Part shown: one piece after another, positions 29,162-38,438 of the stretch | Position numbering within the stretch: the first letter of the stretch is position 1 | How the letters are laid out: the number at the start of each line of letters is the position of its first letter | Origin: an uncultured Alphaproteobacteria bacterium | Lineage (GTDB): Bacteria > Pseudomonadota > Alphaproteobacteria > SHVP01 | Direction of reading: 5' to 3' | Assembly (NCBI GenBank): GCA_964611585.1 | Contig: CAZTAK010000003.1 | Coordinates: forward strand, 1,871 to 65,870 | Length of the DNA stretch: 64,000 nucleotides | The notes under the pieces: model-generated | Told to the model about the DNA's origin: nothing | What the model saw: only the letters and a program-made list of their open reading frames with translations | Databases searched by the model: none | Translations under genes and position numbers: made by a program

Positions 29162-29848
29162 ATGATCAGGCGCATATTACTTGGCGGTCTCGTTGGCGGG
29201 ATTGCCGGGGGGCTCGTCGTCGCCGTCATTCAGGCGCTGACGACGACACCGATGATTCTCTACGCCGAGACCTTCGAAAACGATCAAGCCGGTTCCGCCG
29301 GCAGCGTCATCCTCGCCGCTGCCCACAGCGCCGCGGCCGAGGGGGTGTCCGGGGCCTTCGATCTCGACCGGTTCCTGATGACGGCGCTCGCGACCCTCGG
29401 CATTGCCACCGGCTATGCGTGGATCGCGATGGGCGCGCTGCATGCCACCGGCGGCGAAATTACCGCCCGCCGCATCGTCCCTTGGGCGGTGGCCGGATTC
29501 TTCGTGACCGGGCTTGCGCCCGCCTTCGGGCTTGCCCCGGAACTGCCGGGCGTGGCATACGTCGATGTTGCCGCGCGTCAGATCTGGTGGTTGGGTACCG
29601 CGGTCGCGACCGCGGGTGGCTTGGTGGCATTCGCCTTTGGACGCAAACCGCTGTGGGTGATCGTCGGCATTGTGCTGATCGCCGCGCCGCATGTCATCGG
29701 CGCGCCGGCGCCGGTCGAATTGTTCAGCCAGACACCCGCCGAGATCGCGGCGCACTTTGCTTCTGCCTCGCTCGGCATACAGGCGCTGGTATGGGTGGTG
29801 CCGGCGGCAATCGCGGGCTACACCGTATCGCGGATGGGACCCGGTTAG
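29162..29848 (+). CDS. cbtA: cobalt transporter subunit CbtA
   Basis: 228 aa with five hydrophobic segments. Immediately downstream of cbtB. Confidence 0.8.
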   Translation: MIRRILLGGLVGGIAGGLVVAVIQALTTTPMILYAETFENDQAGSAGSVILAAAHSAAAEGVSGAFDLDRFLMTALATLGIATGYAWIAMGALHATGGEITARRIVPWAVAGFFVTGLAPAFGLAPELPGVAYVDVAARQIWWLGTAVATAGGLVAFAFGRKPLWVIVGIVLIAAPHVIGAPAPVELFSQTPAEIAAHFASASLGIQALVWVVPAAIAGYTVSRMGPG

Positions 29849-29941
29849 CGGCCGGCTGTTGACGGCGCACCCGCGGAAGGACTGGCAACCGGCGACCCCG
29901 GCCGGCGGCCCTCCGGCCCGACCGCAAGAGGTGCGAGGCCC

Positions 29942-31006
29942 ATGCACGATTTGATGTTCCGTCTCGCCCGGCCCGTTCTGTTCGGGTTCGATCCCGAAAC
30001 GGCGCACCGCCTTTCGCTGTGGGCATTGAAGTCGGGGCTGGCGGGGTCGCGCGCCGGCCCGGACGATGCGGTGTTGGCAACGCGCGTGTGGGGGCTCGAA
30101 TTTCCCAATCCGGTCGGCCTGGCCGCGGGCTTCGACAAGGACGCAGAGGCCGTCGATGCGCTGCTCGGCATCGGCTTCGGGTTCGTCGAGGCGGGCACGG
30201 TCACGCCCGAACCGCAGCCCGGCAACCCGCGCCCGCGCCTGTTTCGTCTTGCCGACGACGAAGCCATCGTCAACCGGCTCGGTTTCAACAGCGGAGGGCT
30301 TGCGGTTTTTGCCGCGCATCTTTCGAGGCGGCGCGGCCGCGGGGGCATCGTCGGCGCCAATCTTGGCAAGAACCGTGACGCGCCGGATGCGGTGGCGGAT
30401 TTCGTTACCGGCGCGCGCGCGTTGTGCGCCCTTGCCGATTATCTGGTGATCAACGTGTCCTCGCCCAACACGCCCGGACTTCGGGATTTGCAGGATAGGG
30501 CCGCGATCCTGAACCTTGTCGATCATGTCCGAACCGCTATGGCCGAAGCGGCTACGGGGGCGCCGCCGCCGCTGCTGGTCAAGATCGCGCCCGATCTCGA
30601 AACGGAAGCGTTAGCGGCGCTGTGCGAGGCCGCGGCCGAGGCGCGCGTTGACGGCCTGATCGTCGGCAATACCACCGTGGCGCGGGCTCAAGACCTGCGC
30701 GGGGCCGCCCGCAAAGAGGAGGGCGGACTATCGGGCAAACCCCTGTTCGCGCCCTCGACCGCCATGCTGTCCGAGGTCTTTCGCCTGACCGGCGGCCGAA
30801 TTCCGCTGATCGGCTGCGGCGGGATGTTCTCGGGCGCCGACGCCTACGCCAAGATCCGCGCCGGCGCCTCGCTGGTTCAGCTTTACACGGCAATGGTTTT
30901 TCGCGGCCCCGGCGTCGCCGCCGCCGTCAAACGCGAGCTCGCCGCGTGCCTGCGCCGGGACGGGTTCGCTTCGGTCACTGAGGCCGTCGGCGCCGATCAC
31001 GCCTAG
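29942..31006 (+). CDS. pyrD: dihydroorotate dehydrogenase (quinone), class 2
   Basis: 354 aa with the N-terminal membrane-association helix and the class 2 dihydroorotate dehydrogenase motifs GIGFGFVEAGTVT and NVSSPNTPGLRDLQ. Confidence 0.9.
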   Translation: MHDLMFRLARPVLFGFDPETAHRLSLWALKSGLAGSRAGPDDAVLATRVWGLEFPNPVGLAAGFDKDAEAVDALLGIGFGFVEAGTVTPEPQPGNPRPRLFRLADDEAIVNRLGFNSGGLAVFAAHLSRRRGRGGIVGANLGKNRDAPDAVADFVTGARALCALADYLVINVSSPNTPGLRDLQDRAAILNLVDHVRTAMAEAATGAPPPLLVKIAPDLETEALAALCEAAAEARVDGLIVGNTTVARAQDLRGAARKEEGGLSGKPLFAPSTAMLSEVFRLTGGRIPLIGCGGMFSGADAYAKIRAGASLVQLYTAMVFRGPGVAAAVKRELAACLRRDGFASVTEAVGADHA

Positions 31007-31025
31007 GCGGCCTTCGCGCAGATAC

Positions 31026-31724
31026 CTAGCTCCGGCGTTGGTGCTGGGCCTCGCCGAAATAGTTGTCGAGAAAGTTCGCGTCCGGTTTGTCGCGCCGGTC
31101 GTCTTCCGTCATCAGCGCCATCCCGCGCTGGACCGCCTCGCGTGCGCCCACCGTTTCCAGCCATTGCGCGACATGCGGATAGGCGCCGATGTCGATGTCG
31201 CGCCGTTCGTAGGTGATGACCCATGGATAGCTCGCGATATCGGCGATGGTGTATTCGTTGCCCGCCAGGTACGGGACCGTTTTCAGCCGGTAGTTCATCA
31301 CATCGAGCTGGCGAAGAATCTCTTTCAGGTAACGCTCGATCGCATACGGAACCTTCTGCGGCGAATAATGCGAGAAGTGCCCGTGCTGTCCCCATAGCGG
31401 CCCGATGTTCCCCATCTGGAACATCAGCCATTGTTTGGCGATCCAATGGTTGCGCTCGCCGGCGGGCATAAAGCGGCCGGACTTGTGGGCGAGATATTCA
31501 AGAATGGCGCCCGATTCGAACAGCGCCAGCGGCACGCCGTCCGGCCCGTCCGCGTCAACGATGACAGGCACCTTGTTGTTGGGGTTGAGGGCCAGGAATT
31601 CGGGCTCGAACTGCGCGCCGCGGGTGATGTCGGTAGGAACAAGCCGGAACTCGATCCCGGTTTCCTCGAACATGATGGCGACCTTGCGGCCGTTGGAGGT
31701 CGGCCAGTAGTAGAAATCGATCAT
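31026..31724 (-). CDS. glutathione S-transferase, YfcG/Nu-class-like
   Basis: MIDFYYWPTSNGRKVAIMFEETGIEF N-terminus. 232 aa. Confidence 0.85.
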   Translation of the reverse strand: MIDFYYWPTSNGRKVAIMFEETGIEFRLVPTDITRGAQFEPEFLALNPNNKVPVIVDADGPDGVPLALFESGAILEYLAHKSGRFMPAGERNHWIAKQWLMFQMGNIGPLWGQHGHFSHYSPQKVPYAIERYLKEILRQLDVMNYRLKTVPYLAGNEYTIADIASYPWVITYERRDIDIGAYPHVAQWLETVGAREAVQRGMALMTEDDRRDKPDANFLDNYFGEAQHQRRS

Positions 31725-31728
31725 TCGT

Positions 31729-32673
31729 TTATTGCCTTTGGGTGATGCGGTCGATCTCGGCGAGATCGTCGCCGGAAAGCGCCCAGGACGCAGATTTGAC
31801 GTTGCTCTCGATCTGGTCGGGCCGAGTCGCGCCGGCGATGACGGTCGGAATATCCGGGTTCGCGATCAGCCACGAAAACGCAAGCTCCAACAATGTGCGG
31901 CCCTGGTTCGCGGTGAAGGTCTCGAGTTCTTCGACGATGGCGAAGTTTTCTTCCGTCAGTGCCATGTCGGCGAAGTGCTGCATGGCGCCAAGACGGGTGT
32001 TTTCGTCCGGCGTTTCACCCTTGCGGTATTTCCCGGTCAGAAGCCCGTTTTCGAGCGGAAAGAACGGCAGGAACCCGACCCCGTGGCGCGCGCATGCGGG
32101 CAGGACTTCGGCCTCGGGCTCGCGGTGCAGCACGCTGTGCCGGTTCTGTAGAGTTACGAATCGCGCCAATCCGTGGTCCGCCGCGGCCCTCATGGCCTGG
32201 TCGAGCTGATCGGCACTGAAGTTGGAGCAGCCGATAAACCGCAACTTGCCGTCCCGGATCAGGCGGTCCATCGCGCCGAGGGTCTCTTCGATGGGCGTAT
32301 CGGGGTCGGGTTTGTGAATCTGGTAAAGGTCGATCACGTCGGTTCCCAGCCGCTTCAGGCTTGCCTCGACCGATGCGATCACGTTTTCCTTCGACCCGTT
32401 GACCGAATAACCGAACTTGGTCGCAAGGATGATTTCTTTGCGGCGCGGCCCCAGCGCCTTGCCGAGATATTTCTCCGACTTGCCGCCGCCGCCGTACATG
32501 TCGGCGGTATCGAAAAAAGTGATGCCGCAATCGAGCGCCTTGTGCACGACGGCGCGGGTTTCCGCTTCATCGATGCGCATGCCGAAGTTGTTACACCCGA
32601 GACCGACGACCGACACCTGTGGCCTCTCGGGGGGTCCCCCGGCGTCCATATGGAACAACGGTTTCGTCTGCAT
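31729..32673 (-). CDS. aldo/keto reductase
   Basis: 314 aa with the GCNNFG, ...FFDTADMYG... and IGCSNFS motifs. Confidence 0.85.
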   Translation of the reverse strand: MQTKPLFHMDAGGPPERPQVSVVGLGCNNFGMRIDEAETRAVVHKALDCGITFFDTADMYGGGGKSEKYLGKALGPRRKEIILATKFGYSVNGSKENVIASVEASLKRLGTDVIDLYQIHKPDPDTPIEETLGAMDRLIRDGKLRFIGCSNFSADQLDQAMRAAADHGLARFVTLQNRHSVLHREPEAEVLPACARHGVGFLPFFPLENGLLTGKYRKGETPDENTRLGAMQHFADMALTEENFAIVEELETFTANQGRTLLELAFSWLIANPDIPTVIAGATRPDQIESNVKSASWALSGDDLAEIDRITQRQ

Positions 32674-32843
32674 TACCGCGGCCTCGATTGTCTGTTGCGC
32701 AGGGCAGGCACCATACGGGGGCGGGGCGGCTTTGCCAATTTTGGCCGGGTCGTGCGCCTTCCGCTAGCGCCATCGCCGGAGTTTCCGGCTACAATTCCGC
32801 CACCGGCCCGCCCGGCGGGGCCGCGTGACGGGGGAGGAAATCA

Positions 32844-32981
32844 ATGCCAGCAACAATCGGACACCCGATGTCCGCGCAGATGACGCACGATGAATCGGCG
32901 CGCGATCATTTCGTGTTGACGCTGAAGCAGCATGTTTCCTCGCCGGAAGTAGGGGACAGGGAGGCTGGCGGCAATGAATGA
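32844..32981 (+). CDS. candidate 45-codon upstream ORF coupled to the GFA gene
   Basis: GGAGGAAATCA-ATG at 32844. Its stop overlaps the GFA start (ATGAATGA). Absent from the ORF track because it is under 60 aa. Confidence 0.25.
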   Translation: MPATIGHPMSAQMTHDESARDHFVLTLKQHVSSPEVGDREAGGNE

Positions 32982-33390
32982 CGAACAAACCGTGGCCCAC
33001 GGCCGCTGCCTCTGTGGCGCAATCCGGTTTGAACTCAGCGGACCGCCGAAGTGGGTCGCCCATTGCCACTGCGAGAGTTGCCGCCGCGCGACCGGTGCCG
33101 CATTCGCGACCTATGCGGGATACGAGACGGCGCAGTTATCATTGAAGCAAGGCGCGCCCGCCACGCACAGCTCTTCGCCGGGCGTGACGCGCAGCTTTTG
33201 CGCCACGTGCGGAACCTCGTTGTTCTTCGAAGGGCAGCGCTGGCCCGGCGAAGTTCACGTTCATGCCGGGGCGTTCGACGATCCGGGTTCGCTGGAGCCG
33301 AAGGTCCATGTGTACATCGCGGAAAAAATGCCGTGGCTGCATCTCGACGACGGTCTGCCGAGTTTCGAAACCACCGCGAGCACGGGCTGA
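32974..33390 (+). CDS. GFA-family (CENP-V/glutathione-dependent formaldehyde-activating-like) zinc protein
   Basis: CLCGAIRFE...HCHCESCR...CATCG cysteine pattern. 138 aa. Confidence 0.8.
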   Translation: MNDEQTVAHGRCLCGAIRFELSGPPKWVAHCHCESCRRATGAAFATYAGYETAQLSLKQGAPATHSSSPGVTRSFCATCGTSLFFEGQRWPGEVHVHAGAFDDPGSLEPKVHVYIAEKMPWLHLDDGLPSFETTASTG

Positions 33391-33578
33391 ATTCATTGCA
33401 AGCCGCAACCGGATGATCTGCGGGGCTTGCAATAAAGGTATAGAGCAATATCCGTAGGGATTGAGCCGGCGCGGTTCCGGCCCTTCGGATTTAATTGCTC
33501 TACGCTTGAAGAGGCGAGAGCAGCTTCTTCCGTTCAGGTATCGCTGAAAGCGATTTAACCTGAACGGACGCTGCTCTG
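33391..33578. terminator. hairpin cluster between convergent genes (bidirectional terminator or small structured RNA)
   Basis: Three nested inverted repeats: TTGCAAGCCGCA..TGCGGGGCTTGCAA, TAGAGCAAT..ATTGCTCTA, and GAGAGCAGC..CCGTTCAGGT..ACCTGAACGG..GCTGCTCTG. The last overlaps the dehydratase stop codon. AT-rich. Confidence 0.4.
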
Positions 33579-34580
33579 GCCAGACCCCTCGGCCATAAGA
33601 CGGGCGTACATCGCCGGATCGACGTTGCCGCCGCTGGCGACGACGGCGACGGTCTTGCCGCGTACGTCGAACGCGCCCGAGAGGATCGCCGCCAGCGCAA
33701 TGGCGCCGCTCGGCTCCGCCACCAGCTTGAAGTGCGAAAACAATGCGACGGCGGCGGGCGCGATATCGCTATCGGCGACGCTCAGTCCCGGGCCGGTGCG
33801 GGCCGCGTTGATCGCAAACGTGAGCGCGCCCGGAATCGGCACCACCAGCGCGTCGCAAATCGACGGCGTGCCGGGGGCGTTTTCAAGGCGCCGTCCGGCG
33901 GCGAGCGAACGCGCGGTATCGTCGAAGCCCTCGGGCTCGACCGGATGAATGTCGGTGCCCGGGCTCAGGGCCTCGGCCGCGAGCGTGATTCCGGCGGTGA
34001 GGCCGCCGCCCGAGCACGGCACGAGAATGGAGTCGAGCGCCGCGTCCGCCTCGCGCGATTGTTGAACAAGTTCCAGCCCCGCCGTGCCCTGGCCGGCAAT
34101 GACAAATACATCCTCGTAGGGCGGGATCAGTACAAGGCCGCGCTCGCCGGCGAGCGCCTGCGCGCGCGCCTCCATCGATTTGCGGTCGCCGTCGTGGAGA
34201 ATGGCTTCCGCGCCCCACGCCCGGCAGCGCGCGACTTTGATCGCGGGCGCCGTGGCCGGCATCACAAGTGTTGCCGCGACACCGGCCGCGTGTGCCGCCG
34301 CCGCGACACCCTGGCCATGGTTGCCCGACGAAAAGGCGAGCACGCCGCGGGCGTTCTCTTCCGGGGTCAGGTTCCGGATCCGGTTGCTGGCGCCGCGGAA
34401 TTTGAACGACCCGGTCCGTTGCAGCATCTCGGGCTTGACCAGCACGCGGCCGCCGATCTCGGCGTTCAGCAGCGGCGATTCCAGAAGCGGCGTTCGCACC
34501 GTGATGCCGCGCAAGGTCTTTGCCGCCGCCTCCACATCGGAAAACGTGGGCAGGCTTGTCAGGATTTCCGTGTCAGGCAT
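33555..34580 (-). CDS. PLP-dependent threonine/serine dehydratase, short catabolic type (no ACT domain)
   Basis: SFKFRGA PLP-lysine motif. Glycine loop GGGL. 341 aa. Confidence 0.8.
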   Translation of the reverse strand: MPDTEILTSLPTFSDVEAAAKTLRGITVRTPLLESPLLNAEIGGRVLVKPEMLQRTGSFKFRGASNRIRNLTPEENARGVLAFSSGNHGQGVAAAAHAAGVAATLVMPATAPAIKVARCRAWGAEAILHDGDRKSMEARAQALAGERGLVLIPPYEDVFVIAGQGTAGLELVQQSREADAALDSILVPCSGGGLTAGITLAAEALSPGTDIHPVEPEGFDDTARSLAAGRRLENAPGTPSICDALVVPIPGALTFAINAARTGPGLSVADSDIAPAAVALFSHFKLVAEPSGAIALAAILSGAFDVRGKTVAVVASGGNVDPAMYARLMAEGSGQSSVRSG

Positions 34581-34586
34581 TGGTGC

Positions 34587-35441
34587 TCACAGCCTCGCCA
34601 GATACGAATCGATTGCCGCTTCCGCCTCGGGCTCGGTCAGCCTCGGGACGTGCCCCACACGCGGGACCGTCACGGCGGTAAAGTCGGGGTGCTCGCGGCC
34701 CATACGGGCAAAGATCTCCGGTTCGAGAATATCCGAGAGCTCGCCGCGCAGCCCCAGCAGCGGCACATGTCCGAGCGCCCGGTACATCGGCCACAGGTCG
34801 GGCAGCGGCGCGCCGGAAAGATTTTGGGCGATGGCGACATCGTAGTCGGTGCGGATGGTGCCGTCGGCGTCTTCGGCGAAAGTGTCGCGAGCCAGCGGCA
34901 GCCACTCCTCGTTGCCCGCGTCGGGGTTGGCGAACCCATAACGCGCCTTGTACGCCGCCGCCGCCTCTTCCCAGGACGAAAACGAAAGCGCCTGGCCGAC
35001 GTAGCCCGCGATCCGGCCGAGACCCGCCTTGGGCAGTTCCGGTCCGACGTCATTGAGGATCACGCCCGCGATCAGGCCCGGTCGCGCCAGCGCCATCGCC
35101 ATCGTCACCAGCCCGCCGAGCGAGGTGCCGACAAATACGGCCTTGTGCACGCCGGTGGCGGCGGCGAGGTCGATCACGTCGCGGACATAGGTCTCGGGTT
35201 TGTAGTTTGCCGCGGCGGGGTCGTACTGCGACCGGCCCCGGCCCCGGTAATCGGGGCAGAGGACCCGGCGCCCGGCACCCAGCAGCCGCGTGGCGAGGCC
35301 GTGAAAATCTTTCGAGTTGCGCGTCAGCCCGGTGAGGCAGATCAGCGGAATCGTCGTTCCCGGCGGGCCGTAATCGCGGAAATAGAGCGCCAGCCCGTCG
35401 AACGATGTGAACGTGCGCTCGCGGTAGATGCCGGTTTTCAT
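34587..35441 (-). CDS. alpha/beta hydrolase
   Basis: Start MKTGIYRERTFTSFDGLALYF. GTSLGG nucleophile elbow. The upstream part of the ORF-track frame is non-coding. Confidence 0.75.
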   Translation of the reverse strand: MKTGIYRERTFTSFDGLALYFRDYGPPGTTIPLICLTGLTRNSKDFHGLATRLLGAGRRVLCPDYRGRGRSQYDPAAANYKPETYVRDVIDLAAATGVHKAVFVGTSLGGLVTMAMALARPGLIAGVILNDVGPELPKAGLGRIAGYVGQALSFSSWEEAAAAYKARYGFANPDAGNEEWLPLARDTFAEDADGTIRTDYDVAIAQNLSGAPLPDLWPMYRALGHVPLLGLRGELSDILEPEIFARMGREHPDFTAVTVPRVGHVPRLTEPEAEAAIDSYLARL

Positions 35442-36130
35442 GCGCCGATCCCGAGAAGGTCCGGCAGGCCGTCGAGGGCGGTGATTTCGGCGTGCGGCGG
35501 ATCGGGAATTCGCTCCCGCACCTGCCCGAACCGGTTGACCCACACGACGCGAAAGCCGAAGTGCGCCGCCCCGGCGGCGTCCCAGGCGTTCGACGACAGA
35601 AACGCGATCCGGTCCGTGCCGACTTCCAGCCGGTCGACCGCCAATTGATAGACCGCCGGGTCGGGTTTGAAAATTCCGATCTCTTCGACCGAAAGGATTG
35701 CGTCGAACGACTCCGCGATCCCGGCGTGGGATGCCGCGGACTCCAGCATGTTCGGCGAACCGTTCGACAGGATTGCGCACTTCATGCCGGCGGCGCGAAG
35801 GCGCGCGAGCACGCCGGGCACCTCGGAATAGGCGTCGAGCGTCAGGTACAAGTCCATCAAGTGCGTCCGCAGGTCTTGGTTGTCGAGCCCGAGGCTGTCC
35901 ATCGCGAAGTCGAGGGCATCCCCGGTCACCTGCCAGAAATCGGTGTGCGCCCGCATCAGGCTGCGGAGCCAGGTGTATTGCAACTGCTTGAGCCGCCATG
36001 TCTCAGCGAGCGGCTGCCATTGTTCGCCCAGTTCTCCGGCGCAGGCGGCGGCGGCCGCATTGACGTCGAAAAGCGTTCCGTAGGCGTCGAACACGCAGGC
36101 GCCGATGCCGTCAAGGGAAGGGTTTGCCAT
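35438..36130 (-). CDS. haloacid dehalogenase, type II (HAD superfamily)
   Basis: VFDAYGTLFD motif I after M22. 230 aa. ATGA overlap with the hydrolase gene. Confidence 0.8.
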   Translation of the reverse strand: MANPSLDGIGACVFDAYGTLFDVNAAAAACAGELGEQWQPLAETWRLKQLQYTWLRSLMRAHTDFWQVTGDALDFAMDSLGLDNQDLRTHLMDLYLTLDAYSEVPGVLARLRAAGMKCAILSNGSPNMLESAASHAGIAESFDAILSVEEIGIFKPDPAVYQLAVDRLEVGTDRIAFLSSNAWDAAGAAHFGFRVVWVNRFGQVRERIPDPPHAEITALDGLPDLLGIGA

Positions 36131-36216
36131 CGCGGGAGCGGTCTCCGGGTCGCTGGATCGTGACCACACTAGACGACCGCGCGAGGCGGGCAAACAAGCG
36201 CCGCATTGGATCCGCT

Positions 36217-38286
36217 TTAGCCGCCGCGCGCCAGGTCCTGGGCGAGGCGCAGATAGGCGGGCTCTTCGTCGGCCAGGCGCAGGCGATAGACCTGAAGGTT
36301 TTCCAGCACCCGCTGGACGTAATTGCGGGTTTCCTCAAAGGGCATCAGCTCGATCCAGTCGATCGCATCGACATCGGGCGTGCGCGGATCGCCGTAGGTC
36401 CGGATCCAGCGGTTGACCCGCCCTTCGCCGGCATTATAGGCGGCGATCGCCAGGACGTAGGATCCGTCGTAGCGCTCGAGAAGGGCAACAAGGTACGCGC
36501 TGGCGAGCAGCGAGTTGTAGTCGGGGTCTTCGGTCAGACGGCGGCGGCTATAGGGGACACCAATCGATCGGGCGACGATGCGCGCGGTCGCCGGCATGAT
36601 CTGCAATATTCCACGCGCACCGGCCGGGCTTATGGCATCCGGGTTGAACAGGGTTTCCTGGCGCGCAATGGCCAGCAGCAGCGCCGGCTCGACGCCCTCG
36701 CCCGCCGCAAGATCGACCAGCGGATAGCCGCGCACAATCATCGTTATTCCCTCGAGCGCCGCCCCTTTGGCGACCCGCACGCCGAGATCCGTTCGCCCGA
36801 TGTCGTGGGCGAGTACCGCGGTCAGGGCGCGCTCGCCCGGCGTTTCGGCGTCTTCTCCGAGTTTGAGAACAAAGGGCGATGCAAGCCGGGCGAACCCGAG
36901 TTCGGCCAGCAATCGCGTCGCCCGCACCAGTTCCTTGTCGCGGAAGGTTTCCGCCTCGGCGAGCGCCGGGACGAGTGGCGGCGGCCGGTCGAGGCGAACC
37001 GATTCGCCGCGCTCGTGCATTGCAAGCTGGCCGTAGTACGTTAGCTGGTGAAGGGCGGCGCGTTCGTACCAGGTTTTCGCCAAAGCGGCGTCGCCGGCGG
37101 CAGCGGCGGCGCGCCCCGCCCAGTAGGCGGCGCGGGCGAGGCTTACCGGGTATTTGACGGCTGCATGCATGCGGGCGAAATGGCCGAGCGCGGTAATCGG
37201 TTCTTCGAGAAAACGCAGCACCACCCAGCCCGCCAGCCATTCGGCGTCGGCGTAGCCGGGGGCAATGGAGCGCAGACCGTGTTGGGCGGCGATGCGGTAG
37301 GCATCTGTTATTGCGCCTTCACCAAGCGCGCGGCGCACCTGAATCTTGCGTTCCCGCCACCACAGGTCGGGCCGGACCGGATCGAGCGGGGGTGCCAGCA
37401 GAATTTCGCGGGCGCGTTCGTCGAATCCCTTGGAGCGGCGCCAGCGCACCCGCTCGAAGGCGAGCCCGCCGTCGCCGGCCTGGTCTTCGGGAACTCTGAG
37501 GATCAGCGTATCGACGTTGCCGCCGAATTCCATCAAACCGATCCGCGCCTCGGCGAGTGCACGGTGGCGTCGCGGCAGCCGCGGCACCATTCGCCGTGCC
37601 GCTCGAATCTGGCGCTCCCACAGCAGCATGTCGGTTCGCCGCAAATGATCCTCTTCGCGTAGCGACCGCCGGTACCGGCGCCAGATATGAAGTTCCTGCT
37701 TGCGCGACAGCACCGTGCCGGACCAGGCGCCGCGCAACAGGGCGAGACCCTCATCCTCTTCGCCGGCGCGCAGCAGAATCTCTCCCAGCACCGCGCGGCC
37801 TTCGCCGATCAGCGGTGGCCAGCGCTCCATCCAGGCGCGCACCTCGCCGTCGTCATATCGTGCGCCGTCGCCGAGCAACCGTTCGGCGTTGCGTCGCAGC
37901 GTGCCGCGCCACGGCCAGTCCGGGTTCTGGTCGATGAACCCCGCGACCTCGGCGAAAGTGCCGGCGCCCCGTTCGCGAAAAAAGAACCACTCGACGATTC
38001 GTGCGGCCAAACCATTGTGGCCCCGGCCGGCCAGGGTCCGCGCCCGGCTCCAGTTCTTTTTTTCGATCGCCTCCAGGGCATCGCGATAGAGGACGCGGTC
38101 TTCGGGAGTCAGCGCAAACTCGGCGACTTGGGCACCGGCGTCGCCGCCTGCTTCCTGCGCCACGGCCGCCGCAATGTGGGCCAGCGCGGCCAGAGAACCG
38201 GCAAGGGCAAGGACGAGGAGCGCCGCGATTCGCAATGGCGTGCGCGGCCTGCGCGGGCTCGGTCCTTCGGTCGTTTCGGCCGTCAA
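36217..38286 (-). CDS. slt: soluble lytic murein transglycosylase (Slt70-like)
   Basis: C-terminal goose-type lysozyme domain with the SLT catalytic motif AIARQETLFNPDAISPAGARGILQIM. Proposed TTG start at 38286 after GGGGAG gives signal peptide RRPRTPLRIAALLVLALAGSLAALA. The ORF-track start at 38415 would leave only 23 bp to the divergent dapA. Confidence 0.75.
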   Translation of the reverse strand: MTAETTEGPSPRRPRTPLRIAALLVLALAGSLAALAHIAAAVAQEAGGDAGAQVAEFALTPEDRVLYRDALEAIEKKNWSRARTLAGRGHNGLAARIVEWFFFRERGAGTFAEVAGFIDQNPDWPWRGTLRRNAERLLGDGARYDDGEVRAWMERWPPLIGEGRAVLGEILLRAGEEDEGLALLRGAWSGTVLSRKQELHIWRRYRRSLREEDHLRRTDMLLWERQIRAARRMVPRLPRRHRALAEARIGLMEFGGNVDTLILRVPEDQAGDGGLAFERVRWRRSKGFDERAREILLAPPLDPVRPDLWWRERKIQVRRALGEGAITDAYRIAAQHGLRSIAPGYADAEWLAGWVVLRFLEEPITALGHFARMHAAVKYPVSLARAAYWAGRAAAAAGDAALAKTWYERAALHQLTYYGQLAMHERGESVRLDRPPPLVPALAEAETFRDKELVRATRLLAELGFARLASPFVLKLGEDAETPGERALTAVLAHDIGRTDLGVRVAKGAALEGITMIVRGYPLVDLAAGEGVEPALLLAIARQETLFNPDAISPAGARGILQIMPATARIVARSIGVPYSRRRLTEDPDYNSLLASAYLVALLERYDGSYVLAIAAYNAGEGRVNRWIRTYGDPRTPDVDAIDWIELMPFEETRNYVQRVLENLQVYRLRLADEEPAYLRLAQDLARGG

Positions 38287-38438
38287 GAATGGCTCCCCAT
38301 CGCTGCTCCCGCACCGCGGCACTCCGAATACCGGCCGTGAACCGGCGGTAGAGGGTCTAAGTCCCGCAGTCCACCTTGCTTGAAGCGGGTCGGCCGGGGG
38401 GCTATGGTCTGGCATTCATTTGAAACGGGTGGCCTGAC

